A stretch of 64,000 nucleotides of DNA, from NCBI RefSeq assembly GCF_009914755.1, contig NC_060940.1; one strand, given 5' to 3'. Shown here in pieces: positions 13,961-27,775 of the stretch (the stretch's first letter is position 1; each line of letters opens with the position of its first letter). The position numbers and the translations under genes were made by a program. The DNA comes from the human T2T-CHM13v2.0 reference genome, Homo sapiens. Below the pieces are notes generated by a model, which made no database searches, had not been told where the DNA came from, and was given only the letters and a program-made list of their open reading frames with translations.

Positions 13961-14479
13961 AGAGGAATTATGTTCTCTTCCCAAGTTGCATAGAAATAAA
14001 TCACAGAGCCCTCTGGATTCCAGATTCCAAAGTCTGTTCTTTCCATGACAGCACAATGGTCTAGCCTAGCCTCTGTCAGGGTAAAAACTTAAAATTCATC
14101 TAAATTGTAGAAATCCACATTAAGTGTTAATATTCTTAAGAGAGGGCTCACCCTCTATTTAGCAAATCTTATATTGGAACTACTCTATTGGCCAGAGGCA
14201 TCATTGAACTTTTCCACATAGAACTTTTCCACAATAGAAATCCCTTTGCTGATTTTTTTGTTTCCAAAGTCCAAAGTTAATAATAATAGCAATATCCATA
14301 TCAAGATTACAAAATCATTATTAGCAGTACAATTTTACAAATAAGTAAATTAAAGTTCAGCCAGATTAAGGAACTTGGTCATCTTTGTACCCTCCACTCC
14401 TAGCATGGTTCACTGAGTTTTTGGTAGATCACTTATCTTCCTCATACAGCAGCTTAAATTACATGAATTTTTATTACCT

Positions 14480-14770
14480 AGCCAGTTTTCAGTTGCAACA
14501 AAGGGAAAACCCATCTAAAATGGTTTAAATTGTAATCCTGCTGTTTCAAGTTCAAGACAGGTTAATTCAATGACTCAACACCATCCCAAAGGGCTGTTTC
14601 ACCAGCTTCACATTTTGCCACCCTAAAATCGTAGCTTGTCCAAATAAGGCAGCCTGACAGATGCCACTGACACTCTTTGGAGGCTGAATCAAGGGAACAT
14701 TTCTGTTTTGTGTCTCTTTAAAATCAAGGAAAACCTTCCCAGAATCTCTCCCTGATCCCAACTGTAGACT
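14480..14770 (-). mobile_element. Old MLT1 (K/L-like) LTR fragment
   Basis: ttttcagttgcaacaaagggaaaacccatctaaaatggtttaaa and aaaaccttcccagaatctc resemble old MLT1. Confidence 0.45.
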
Positions 14771-15294
14771 CAGCTAGATTTTTTATCTACATCCTTCTCC
14801 TCCTTTTTGTCTCTCTCTTCTCCCCCTTCTCTCTCTCTCTCACTCTCTCTGAGATTCACTTTTTCCTGAGTACCCTAGTAGCTAATGCTAATTATGTAAA
14901 GCTTGATTCTCATACAACAGCTTAAATTATCCCGTAAAAAGCTATATTTAAAAATTATAGTCCTGAGTATAGTCCAGGATGATGTTCCTATACTATAGGA
15001 TTTGTCTGGGGTCAACACTTGTTAAGGACTTTATTGATCTGGGTTGAAAATTAATTGTTTTATCAAGTCATTAAGAAATATATTCTATAATGTTATGAAT
15101 TTACTTATGAAACTTTAAATCAGCTTTGCAGAAGTTAAGGAATCCATCACCAGCCCTATAATTTACCTAATGATAATTCCACATCAATAGGACAAAGCAT
15201 GACCTGTTAGAAGTCAAAGTCATGTCTCTCTTTTAAAAAAACATGAAATAAAAAATCTACTGAATGGGAACCATACCAGGTATTGTATTCATAA

Positions 15295-15790
15295 ACCAAA
15301 GGTCTTAAAATAGCCTTCAGGCTCTACCTGATGGGAAACCCCCCTGTTCTGCTACTTCTCTGACCTCACCTGCTACAACTGTGCTCACTCACATCTGGCT
15401 TCAGCAGCTCTGCTCTTGTTGGTGTTGCTTTCACAAGGGACATCATACACTCATGTTTCATGTCTTTGGCAATCACTGCTCCTTTGTCTGGGATTAGTAT
15501 CACTTTATTTTGATGCCTTTCTTGACCCACCATTTATGAAATAGCTACCCTGCCTCCTAACCTTTAAGACTTCCTTTTCCACTTCCTGGGTTATTTTTTC
15601 CCACAGCACTTAATAGCACCAGGCACATTATATATTTATTTGTAAATCTGTATTTGTCTTTTTCCCTCTACCAGACAGTAAGCTCCAAGAGACCACAGTA
15701 TTTTTTTTTGTATTTTTTTCCTTGCAATAGTCCAATTACTCCGAACAATGGCTAGCATGTAGTAGGCAATCAGTGCTTCCAGAATAAACA
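15295..15790 (+). mobile_element. L2 3' fragment
   Basis: gcctttcttgaccc, ccacagcacttaa, gacagtaagctccaagag, gaacaatggctagcatgtagtaggcaatcag. Confidence 0.75.
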
Positions 15791-16011
15791 AACATTGTAA
15801 TTCCTGCATTCAAGAGGCTTCCAACTTATTGGAAAAGTAATGCAAACCCAACAACCAACAACCCAACCAACCCACCCAATAGCCATCTGACCACCCACCA
15901 AATGGGTTTCATGGTACTCAGCATGAGACTTGACAACAACACCCAACAGAGTCAGAAAGCCTGAGATCCATGCCTAGATCCACTCACTAGGCCTGATGAG
16001 TTTAGAAAGGC

Positions 16012-16316
16012 TTTTTTTTTTTTTTTTTTTTTTGACAGAGTTTTGCTCTGTCATCCAGGCTGGAGTGCAGCAGTGAGATCTTGGCTTCGCTTCACTGCAA
16101 CCTCCGCCTCCTGTATTTAAGCGATTTTCCTGCCTCAGCCTCTCAAGTAGCTAGGATTACAGGCACACACCAGCACGCCCAGCTAATTTTTGTACTTTTA
16201 GTAGAGATGGATTTTCACCATGTTGGCCAGGCTGGTCTCGAACTCCCAACCTCAGGTGATCCACACACCTTGGCCTCCCAAAGTGCTGGGAGTACAGGCC
16301 TGAGCCACTGCGCTTG
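16012..16316 (-). mobile_element. AluS (AluSx-like) inserted in a MIR
   Basis: Poly-T, ccaggctggagtgcag, cctcaggtgatcc, cccaaagtgctggg. Confidence 0.96.
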
Positions 16317-16455
16317 TATAGAGAATAGTGGTAAATTATCTGCTCCTCTATTTCTTTATCAGTGAGATAGACTTAATACTATCTCAATTGATGGTTTTGA
16401 GAGATTAAATAATCTCTGGAAAACACTTTACACTGCGGCAGACATTTAAAGTGCT

Positions 16456-16939
16456 CATTTGACCCTTGAACAACATAGGGTTTGAACTGTGAGAATCCAG
16501 TTAGACGTGGTTTTTCTTCTGTCTCTACCACCTCTGAGACAGCAAGATCATCTCCTCATAATCCTCCTCCTCCTCCTCCTCCTCAGCCTACTCAATGTGA
16601 ACATAATGAGCATGAAGATCTTCATGATCATTCACTTCCACTTAATGAATAGTAAGTATATTTTATCTTCCTTCTGATTTTCTTAATAATATTTTATTTT
16701 CTCTAGCTTGCTTTATTCTCTAGCTTGCTTTATTTCTCTAGCTTGCTATATTGCTATATGTATATAATATATATAACATACAAAATATTTGTTAATTGAC
16801 TTTTTATGTTATTGGTAAGGCTTCCAGTCAATAGTAGGCTATTAGCAGTTACATTTTGGGAAAGTCAAAAGTTATACATGGATTTTCAACTGTGTGGGGC
16901 TCGGCGCCCCAACCCGTTGTGTTGTTCAAGGGTCTACTG
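16456..16939. mobile_element. Tigger2a (MER28) TcMar-Tigger DNA transposon
   Basis: TIRs catttgacccttgaacaac / gttgttcaagggtctactg followed by TA; internal cctcctcctcagcctactcaa and ccacttaatgaatagtaa. Confidence 0.9.
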
Positions 16940-19900
16940 TAAATGTACAATTTTATTATATATAAAAAAGGGCGAGATTTGATAAAGGCACAGATGAGCT
17001 CTGCCTGGGGAATTCAGGAAAACAAAGATAAGATAAGCCAGAAACCCAGGTGCTCTGTGGAAACTTATTGATAATTGACAAAAGAGTGGGGGTTGTGAAT
17101 GTTTTAGTTCCTTAAAACTTTTACCTATAGAGAGGCACACCATTGTTCTCCTTTGTCTCTGATCATCAGTCCATATTAAAATTGAAGAGATTGGTGTCGG
17201 AATGAAATCAGTACCTGGGTGCTAAAACGCTGACAAGCCGGAGGTGCCTGATGAAATACATGTTGACTTATTTCCTACTACAGTATCTCTCTTGTTTCAC
17301 AGGCTACTGAGCAAAACCAGGGAAGTTCAAATACATAATTCAACTCAAATATATTATATAATTAAGTATAACAGTTTTGTCATCCTATTTCATATAATTT
17401 CCAAAATACCAACATGTCTATATAATTTTAATTTCTTTTGCTTTCAAATTAGAGAATATGATGCCTTCTTCTGCCTAATTGTACATACATAATATGTAAA
17501 TTATTAGACTATAATTTGCACAGAGTAGGTGCACAGAGAACATTAGGGTTCAAAACTATAAACTGACATGGCAATTTGTTTTTGCAAATAATATACAACT
17601 TGTGTCAAAGGAGGAAAAAATACACACAGTATTTCACTAAATAACAATTATCTAGGAAATGTTGAGTTGTTATTATTCTCTATTAGTTCTACTTGCATTC
17701 ATGTTAAATGAATAAAGCTGAATTAAAAGGTGACATTTGGGCTATTTCCTAAAAAATGTGATTTCTCAGTCTTTAAATACATTTCCTTGGCTCATGTTTT
17801 CATCTAGGCAACACTGCTACTTTAATGTTATTTAAAATTAAATTTGTTCTTTGGTTCGTTACAATGCTTAGCAAGTTAATAAGTTTATAAATCATAATTA
17901 ACTACAACTTTCTGTTCTGTTGCCCTTCTGAATTGCTTTCTTTTTGATTTTTTTTTCCCTATGTAATTTGCTGCATGCATACTTTATTTTAAAATGGGTA
18001 GACTTCATTTTTATGGTGTGATGGGCTTGGCTTAACTGGAAATGTGTAACCATGTCATGAGTGAAACACATGTGAGTGTGTGAATGCACATGTTTGCACA
18101 TGTGTGAACATAAATGTGTACATAAATGCTTAACTGACTTCCAGGGAGCATCATTTTTTTGTACAGGTGCTCCCCCACTTGCTGGGTGCAATTTCTGAAA
18201 CATGTTGATTCCAGTATTCCATCAGGGACTCCTTATTTCTGTACAATAAAGGGAAGTCAAATAAAGTATAATGAATTTTCAAACACTTCAGAAAAGCTTT
18301 AAAATGTTCAAAGAGAGAGTCAAAAAGCCTCACTCATTAGGATTCTACTTGAGGAATGTGGGTGAGCTTCATTAGAGTGTGGAACCACAGGGGGCAGAAA
18401 GGATTCCTGCAAATGCCTTTTTCTTCATTGTATCATATCACAGATCTCCCCTAGTGGCTTATTTAGAATGAACTGTGATTTTAGCAACACAGGGTGCAGA
18501 GGTAAGTGGTAATAATTAAGAGAGCACAGGCCTAACTGTGAAATCCTTTCCCACCCCTCTGGCCAACTGCATCCTCACAAGCATTCTTGATCACCTGTAT
18601 GTCAATGTACACACGTGCTTATCCATGTTGTTCTTAAACTTAAGGCATTTATATTTTCCCCTAAACCTCTACCTTTTTCTCAACTAGTTGTTACAGGTTT
18701 CTTTGTTGTCTTCTTTTCACTGTCATGCAAATATTGTAAGTTTTATGCCAATGCCAAAAAATGTTAACAGTTTTATATGTTGTCCAATACATGTAGTTGA
18801 TTTCAGGCTGTCTTTGCTATTCTCTTATATTTTTCACAAGCACTGTTTTCCCCTCTGTAAGATGTGAGGATAGACGCCCCTCCTTCCCTCCAGCCTTTTC
18901 TCTAGTTGCTAAGTCTCACATTCAGTTCTTGGTTGATTGAGCAGCCTCGTCTGGGGCATTTCCACAGCATGAGGTCATCCTCTGTAGTGATCTCTTAATT
19001 GATGCCACTACAAATCTACAGCCTCCAGCATTCCCTTCGCCCCTGCAGAGCTGAAGGTCACACATCTCCCACCTCTGGATGGCCAGGCCAGGTCAGTACC
19101 CAGAACAGCTCCTTGTGTGCCTACATTTACAGATAAAGACCTTTAAAATAAAATGTACTATGCTGACCCTTTTTGGCCCTGAAAGAACTCCACTAGATTT
19201 TACCTTCTCCCTATGATCTCTGGTCTGGTAGAGTTGGTTTTCACCCTAATAACTCCACACGTAGATACTCATCTTCGAAACCCTTATAACCGAGAATTCA
19301 CTCGAATACTCTAACTTTCCCACTCCACACTTTCCTCGTGACATAGAACCCCTTCTTGTCTGCATATTATAAAGTGCGCCTCCAGCTGAATCCCTGATGA
19401 TACCAATTATAAAACTGGCTCAAAATATTTTTTGTGCAAAGTGGAAACAATTTAACATTGTAGACCCAGGGAAATATCAGATAAATGGTGTTATAGATGA
19501 GCAGGCAATAACACAAACCCAACACTTACTTGCCTAGAAAATTATTTCTTCTGAAGTAGTCTATTATGCTAACACTGAGGTAGAGAGTACCTGCATTCTG
19601 ATGTTAGCTCTCTCTCGAATCTTCAATAAATAATTTTAGATACATCTCTCTTCATTGAAATTTAATTTTCACATTTTTAAAAGAAGGAAACTTTTTTAAA
19701 AAAAGAATTTCCTAGCTCTTATATGATATGGAGGACCTGCCATCTTCCATTGCCAAGGCATGGTGCAGAATAGAGAAGAATTCATCACTATTTGTATAAC
19801 CCACCACATCACATCTCAAGGTTGATGTGACAGTTGGAGATAATGAAGTATAAAGTGCTTACAAACATAATAGATGTTCAATAGATTTTAGTTTTATCAC

Positions 19901-20077
19901 ACACGAGCATATAATCTATTTGTATTAATATAGTAAAGCACATCATAAATTAAATGCCTACATAAAGTCATAATAGAATACATTAAATATCTATTTTTTA
20001 CTATATTTATTTTTAAATAACATTAAACTTTTTCTTCCCTCCAGAGACAGGATGGAGGAGGTAACTTCTTTGAAGCC

Positions 20078-20390
20078 TGTATTAGGTAGGTTACATTATG
20101 TTCTGCTAAGAAAATGCCCCCAAATCTCAATAGTTTGTGATGGCCAAGGATTATTGTCATCCAGTTTACATGACTCTCATGTGTTGGATGTGGCCTGTAT
20201 CACGTTATTTTTATGCTAGAACTCAAGCTGAGGGAGAAGTTTCTGTTGGGAATATTGTCATGCTTATGCCTGAGGGTCCATGTACCTTGGGACTACACGA
20301 TGATGAAGTTTCTGCTGAAACGCGCTTATGTCCTTTCAGCTCGTATTTCATTCACCATGCAAGTCACTTGGTTAAACAATGTGCTACATT
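20078..20390 (-). mobile_element. MLT1 (MLT1J-like) MaLR LTR
   Basis: tgtattaggtaggttacattatg...ccccaaatctcaatag...gaactcaagctgaggga...tttcattcaccatgcaagtcac. Confidence 0.7.
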
Positions 20391-20745
20391 TCTTGCTGAG
20401 AATTCATTATTTATATATATATATTTATGGGATACATCCAAATGTATCAAGAAATGTATTTACATTTATTTATAACAAAATTAATGAAGCATCTGTCAAT
20501 AAGATTTTAACTTATTGTTACCTGAAACTTGAAAAAAAAACCCTTAAAACCTGATTTATAAATTTATCAAGATGCTAAAATTAGACTTTTTTTCAGAATG
20601 GGAGAGAAAAAAAAATGAACAATTTTCTACTTTTTTTTCCTAGCACAAAGCACAATTTACTAAAGACATCAATATAAATTTGACATTGCAGTGACCTACA
20701 AAATAAAAGCAGTCAGGATCCAGCCTAGACAACCTACCAGGAAAA

Positions 20746-20747
<2 letters not shown>

Positions 20748-20783
<36 letters not shown>

Positions 20784-20811
20784 CGTGTGTGTGTGTGTGC
20801 ATATGTATGTG
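20748..20811 (+). repeat. (TG)n/(TGCG) compound microsatellite
   Basis: Read directly. Confidence 0.95.
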
Positions 20812-22810
20812 TTCATTCTATGAAATTGACTATGATAGCTTCAAGGAAACACACAGAGGTGAGACAAAAGAGAGATTACCAGAGAATAAAAACATATAGT
20901 ACAAAGAATGTTAATTGGAGTGTTATTTAAAACACCATCTTATAAAATCTCAATGAATCCTAATGAATCAGAGGATTTATTTGAGCCTAATAATGACTAA
21001 GTACTTTATAGAATAAAATTGAGGGAGATTAGAATACAAAAAAAATTAAAGGGTCCATCTTGAGCTTAAAAGTCAGGAAATAAAGAAGCATTGCATGTCA
21101 GGTCAGTGGAGAACTTGAAAATTTGTTCTGATTTCACTAACATATTTAACTCTCTCCAAAGCTGAGTCTTTGTTTCATAGTCAAGTCATTAGATTCCACC
21201 TTTGGCAATATTTTCTCTGCTCCCAGCTCTGCATTCTGTTATTTATTTCCCTTTCTGCCACAGAGAAATGGGGACTTAATAAAAGCATATTTTATTTCCA
21301 ATCTGCTATTTCATGGTTCTTGCCCTGATAATCATTACTTTTCTTTATTGCAAAACAATTTCTTTCTTAAAAGACATGTATCTGGAATGACCATATTTAT
21401 GTGCTGGCTGTTCCCTAAATGATAGCAAATGTCCCTTTATCTTTACCAGCTCTTCTGTGTGGGCTGGGGACCAGGGTGGATTGAATGATTGATGGGCTTT
21501 ATTGGTGAGGGAGGCCCCTAGTTTGACTCCCTTAGGCCAGAACTGAACAGCATAAGCAAAGTGGAGGGTTGATAAATACTCAAATATTTTTGCCCAAGTT
21601 ACCCTTGAAGCTTCACAACTCTAAACAGATCTGAGGACAGAGGAAATATACTGATATGATTCCACAGAACCCAAATCAAGTTCATAGTCCCATTCCCCTC
21701 TGAAGCAGCATAAAGCCCTCCTTTGCCATCTCCTATGGAAAACGCTTGTGGTAAATATCAAGAAACTTGGGGTCAAGTCAAGATTCTGCTATAAAACCCC
21801 TGTAACATCAGTTTCCCCACGTGTAAAATGTGGCTTCACTTTTTCATCTGATCACTGCCAAATTAATGATGATCATGTCAGCCAGCTTTCATGAATGAAT
21901 GAATGTATAAGGGAATCGAGAACAGAAAGGTTTAATAATCTGTCCTCAGGTCTATAGATAGCATGTGACTGAGCCAAAGTTCCAAACAATTTTGGGCGCC
22001 ACCATACACAATGCTGTCTCTCTAGGGATTTTGACAAGAAATGTTGCACCAAAAGGTTGGAAGTGAAAAGAGGAAGACTTCTGCCTGCCCACGTCATGAA
22101 ATTTTCTTCTCTAAATTTTTGCTTTTTTATTATTCCTTGAACAATCCTTAATTCACCCTGTCTATGCACATAGTATAATAGTTTAACTTATGCTCAACTT
22201 CTTTTCCTTTTATTTGTCCTGGTGCACCCTTAGCTGGTCATCCAGTGACATCTTACCTTCATTATCACTGCTGTGTCCTTAAACTTTCCATCCAAGCAGA
22301 TGGAAATTTCCATCCATGCAGATGGAACATAACAAGAGACAGCCAAAATACAAACAGAATCACATCTCAAGAATTGCCCATGGGAAGAAGATGGAAGTCA
22401 CATCAGATCATCTTGGACTTACATTTCATTCTCCTATATTTTTTATTCCTATGGACATAGACACACAAATATAGGTTAGGAACCCCACTTAAGAGAAGCC
22501 TTGAGTTTTTATATATTTTTTCACACCTCTGGCCAAACCTTCTCCTGATCACCTTACCTTGTGAATCAACCAGGAGTCTCTCTCCCTTTCTACAACATGC
22601 AATGAATCCCAAAGCAGGAACAACAACCACAGAAATTAACTGTGAACTGTGCTTCTTTTTATGTTCTGTTGGCAAGGCTAAAGTGCAAAGCTCTATACCT
22701 TGCTTAGAGTTATAACAACAAGAAGGCCTAGGAAGCCTGGATCCCTGCTTTGAAAATCAAGACTTATCTACGTCAAGTACTTTATTACATCTAGTTAAGA
22801 ATACTTCCCT

Positions 22811-23125
<315 letters not shown>

Positions 23126-23314
23126 CTAATTAATGAAAGTAATTTTGGCTCCTGTGATAATATTGAATTAGCAAACTATCCAGCCCATCAAACTTACTTC
23201 TTTCACTGAGTTGCATCTTTCCATGAGTAACCTTGCTCTGCCTCACACCCAGTGCCCTTAGAATTCTAAGAGTCATCTTACCTTTACTGTATCCAGCATA
23301 TAGCAAATATATTC

Positions 23315-23386
23315 AACAATAAGGATAAATGGTGAGGGGAGGGGGACCTCAGCACCCTCCTCCCCTCACTATTTATCCTTATTATT
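23315..23386. repeat. Near-perfect inverted repeat (31-bp stem, 10-nt loop)
   Basis: aacaataaggataaatggtgaggggaggggg pairs with cctcctcccctcactatttatccttattatt. Confidence 0.95.
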
Positions 23387-23507
23387 TTTCAAACAGCCTC
23401 AAGGAGCCTCAAGGAGCCACACACTTTAAGACCCTTACTTGACATATTGTTCTAGTCATCTTCAAGTTGCCATGTTGTCACCAGAATGGTGTCCTTAAAA
23501 ATATATC

Positions 23508-23832
23508 TGTAGAATGATACTTTCCAAAGTCTGCAAATGGGTGGAGGGATGAAGAGAGGTAGGTTAATGAGTACAAACATAGAGTTAAATAAAAGGAATA
23601 AGTTCTAGTGTTTGATGGCACTGTAGGGTGACTCTAGTTAACAATGTTATGTTATATATTTAAAAATAGCTAGATGTGAAGATTTAAAATGTTCCCAACA
23701 CCAATAAATGATAAACATTGAAGGTGATAGATGCTCTAAACTTCCTGATTTGATCATTACACATTGTACGCATGTATCAAAATATCACATGTACCCCATA
23801 CAAATGTATAATTATTATATATATCAATAAAT
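23508..23832 (+). mobile_element. L1MA 3'UTR end
   Basis: aggaataagttctagtgtttgatggcactgtagggtgact...cctgatttgatcattacacattgt...catgtaccccata...aataaa. Confidence 0.9.
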
Positions 23833-23959
23833 TTGTTTTGAATATGATTATTTTCCTTGTTTTTTGCAAACTCCAAGTGGATAGTTCACCTCCCCAGCCT
23901 TATCCTTGTCATTCACCCATTGGTACCCTCCACCCCAAGACCAAGTCCCTGAAAGTAGC

Positions 23960-24325
23960 CTCTCAGCACAATGCTGCCTTCTACTTGCCAGCCTATGATC
24001 TTGCTATTGCAGCAACCTGGCATAGCTTCCCTGCTTTATCTAGCGAGGAGGTCCCTACTTGTCTCCAGCTTTCAGCTCATGCCATCTCCTTTGTGAGGTG
24101 AGATATATATATAAAACATCAGATAAAATGGCACACTTGTAACCTTTCCATGTACTCTAACATGGCACCTCTACCATCACATTGAATTTATTTGTACAAG
24201 ATTTGGTTTCCTCCATTATACTGTGGTTTTCTTGGCATCATGCCTCATCTTAATTTGTATCTTTAGTGTCCAACACAGGGTCTGGTATTTAGAAAGTATC
24301 AAATAAATATTTGTGGAATAAATCA
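23960..24325 (+). mobile_element. L2 3' fragment
   Basis: gccatctcctttgtgagg...caacacagggtctggtatttagaaagtatcaaataaatatttgtggaataaat (L2 tail). Confidence 0.6.
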
Positions 24326-25349
24326 ACAGAAGCACAACTCATTTTCCTCATTTCCTGTCATCTGCCTCAGAACAACCCTTTCAGATACTCTAAAAAATTA
24401 TTTCCATTGTCTTAGATTCTGCAATAACTCAGACATCCTGTCTATAACACTTATTAATCATAATAACTTTGAAATAATTTCTCTGTGCAAATATTCAGGG
24501 GCTCATCCATAACTAAGTGAAATACAGCCTGAAATAATCAATCATTATTTTCTAAACCAAAGATCCTGTAATTAAGGAGTCTATCAATGTGCCAACAACT
24601 TATGGGTCTAGGCATTAATTTTTGTTTGTTAAAGGACCTTAAAGATAATGTAATATGAGCCCATTGTGAAATGGATTAATAAATTGCTTGTCTCATTTCA
24701 CTTGTTCATTTCTATATAAATTCTGCAAGAAAGAAGGAAAGTTGTGCAGTTTTATTTCTTTAAAAATTTGACATGATGCACACTTTCTTGCAAAATCAGA
24801 GGAATCATCATGGTATTTGTCAACTGTGTGGAAGGTGGAAGTGAACACCTGCACACTATGTCACATGATATAGATAATTTCTTTTTATCCTTTGTTGAGT
24901 TTATTCTTCAACAAATACGGACTAAATGCCCTCTTTATGGCATGCACACATTGCTATTGCTTTTTTGGAGATGATACAAACTGAAGCCTGGAGGCTGGGT
25001 CTGAGTTACCCTAGGCTTCTCATTCAGTAACAGGCAGCATCAGAATCAGAACTCAGGTTTGACTCCAGGGCCCATGTCCATTCTTTCACACCTTCAGTCG
25101 TTATGCATTTGATTCTAAGGCCCTATGTGATATATTGCTCGATGCTTTTTCTTTGAAGCAGTTAAAGGCAAGTTGAAGGAAATCCCACAGAGGCCAACAC
25201 TCTTATGAAAAGATCCACTTGACACATAACTAAAGCATCTGAGCTGAAACAGGACTTGGCAATCATCTGCTTGATCTCTTTCATTTGAAAGATGAATTAA
25301 ATCCATTTAAAGATGAATGAACAAACATTCAATGTGTATCTTCTATAGC

Positions 25350-25833
<484 letters not shown>

Positions 25834-25899
25834 TTACTGTAAATGTAGGGCCCTTGCAAGTCCACCCTCACCCACCTTATCTGAGTGACAAGGTCCTTT

Positions 25900-26055
25900 A
25901 GCACATGCATGCATCTATTGTTTGTGGATGTAAGGTTAAACACCCATTGCCTCTCCTAGACTTCAAGCTCCCTGAGGTCAAGAACGTCTTGCTGATGAGG
26001 GAACATCAGGAACTCCTTGTGTTCTCAATATGTTGACAAAATGAATGAATAAATG
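25900..26055 (+). mobile_element. L2 3' end
   Basis: ctagacttcaagctccctgaggtcaagaac...tcaatatgttgacaaaatgaatgaataaatgaa. Confidence 0.6.
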
Positions 26056-27049
26056 AAAACATTTGCCATTCATTTTGGTGGAAAGCGAGTTTCCTTCTCA
26101 ATGCTAAGTTACATGAATTGAACATTAATGACAGTATCAGCAAAAATGAGGGATTTTATGCAGAGAGTGACAAGGGCTTTGATATAAGGGACTCACCAGC
26201 TGAATGCAGACCAATGTGGAGAGGAACAAATAGAAGCAAATCAGCAGAACTCAGGCAACACAAGAAAAGGTAAGTTCAAAAGAAACTTCAGTGGATACAA
26301 TTGTCCCTGACAGTGCTGGCTGATGGAGTTGAATAGTTTTCTGATGAATAGGGAGTTAGAAGTTTGTATCAAGAATATAATCAGGATCTCTTTTGGGTTG
26401 CTTTACATAATTACACTTGAGATAATGATACAGTAAACTGTATGTAGTTCTCACCCCGACAGTCTTTATCTACTCAATCAACAAATATTTTAAAATTGTT
26501 TACTGCCTGTTAAACACTAGTATATATTAACAGCAGTGCTTCTGAGTAATGGATTAAGTAATTTTTGACTGAATATTTTACTGTTGCTGCACATATCTGA
26601 ATAAAGCAATCTCTCCAGATATTGTTGGAGATGGGCATATGTATTTTGAGGACTTTAGCTGACAACTGGAGCCCAGATTGAACAAAACTAGTTAAGTCAC
26701 CTTGCTTTCAGAATGTTACCTTTGGACAAACCCTGTGTCTTGTGCGGGTGTGCCAGATGTTACCGTTTCTCATTTAATCTTGACATCATTTCTCCCTATG
26801 ACGGCCAGATTTATCTTCCAAAATTCATTTGCATTTTAAAACCAAGCTTTTATTTCTGAACATAAAAATGAGATGTTCACTACATAAACTTTGGAAAGTA
26901 CAGAAAACTTCACAAAAAGAGAAAATTGTTGCTTATAGATTACTATATGTCCAGGTGATTTCCTTTTTTTTTTTTAATGTAACAGATTTCTCAAAACAGA
27001 TCTTAGTATCCTTGTATTAATTTAATTATTTATTTTGGTTCTATAATAA

Positions 27050-27175
27050 CTTCCTTTTATTTATGTTTTTAAATGGACAGTGAAGATTGTATGCATTTAC
27101 TGTGTACAACATATTGTTTTGAAGTTTACAGACATTGTAGAAAGACTAAATCTAGCTAATTAACATATAATTAAT
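27050..27175 (-). mobile_element. L1MA 3' terminal fragment
   Basis: attgtatgcatttactgtgtacaacatattgttttgaag...ctaaatctagctaattaacata. Confidence 0.75.
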
Positions 27176-27224
27176 AAGCATTTCTACATGTTCACGTCAT
27201 TTTTAAAATGACTATACATAATAA

Positions 27225-27775
<551 letters not shown>

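Noticed and set aside
18530-19140. Possible ancient L1M/HAL1-like 5' region
   Set aside because: Resemblance too weak to call without a profile search
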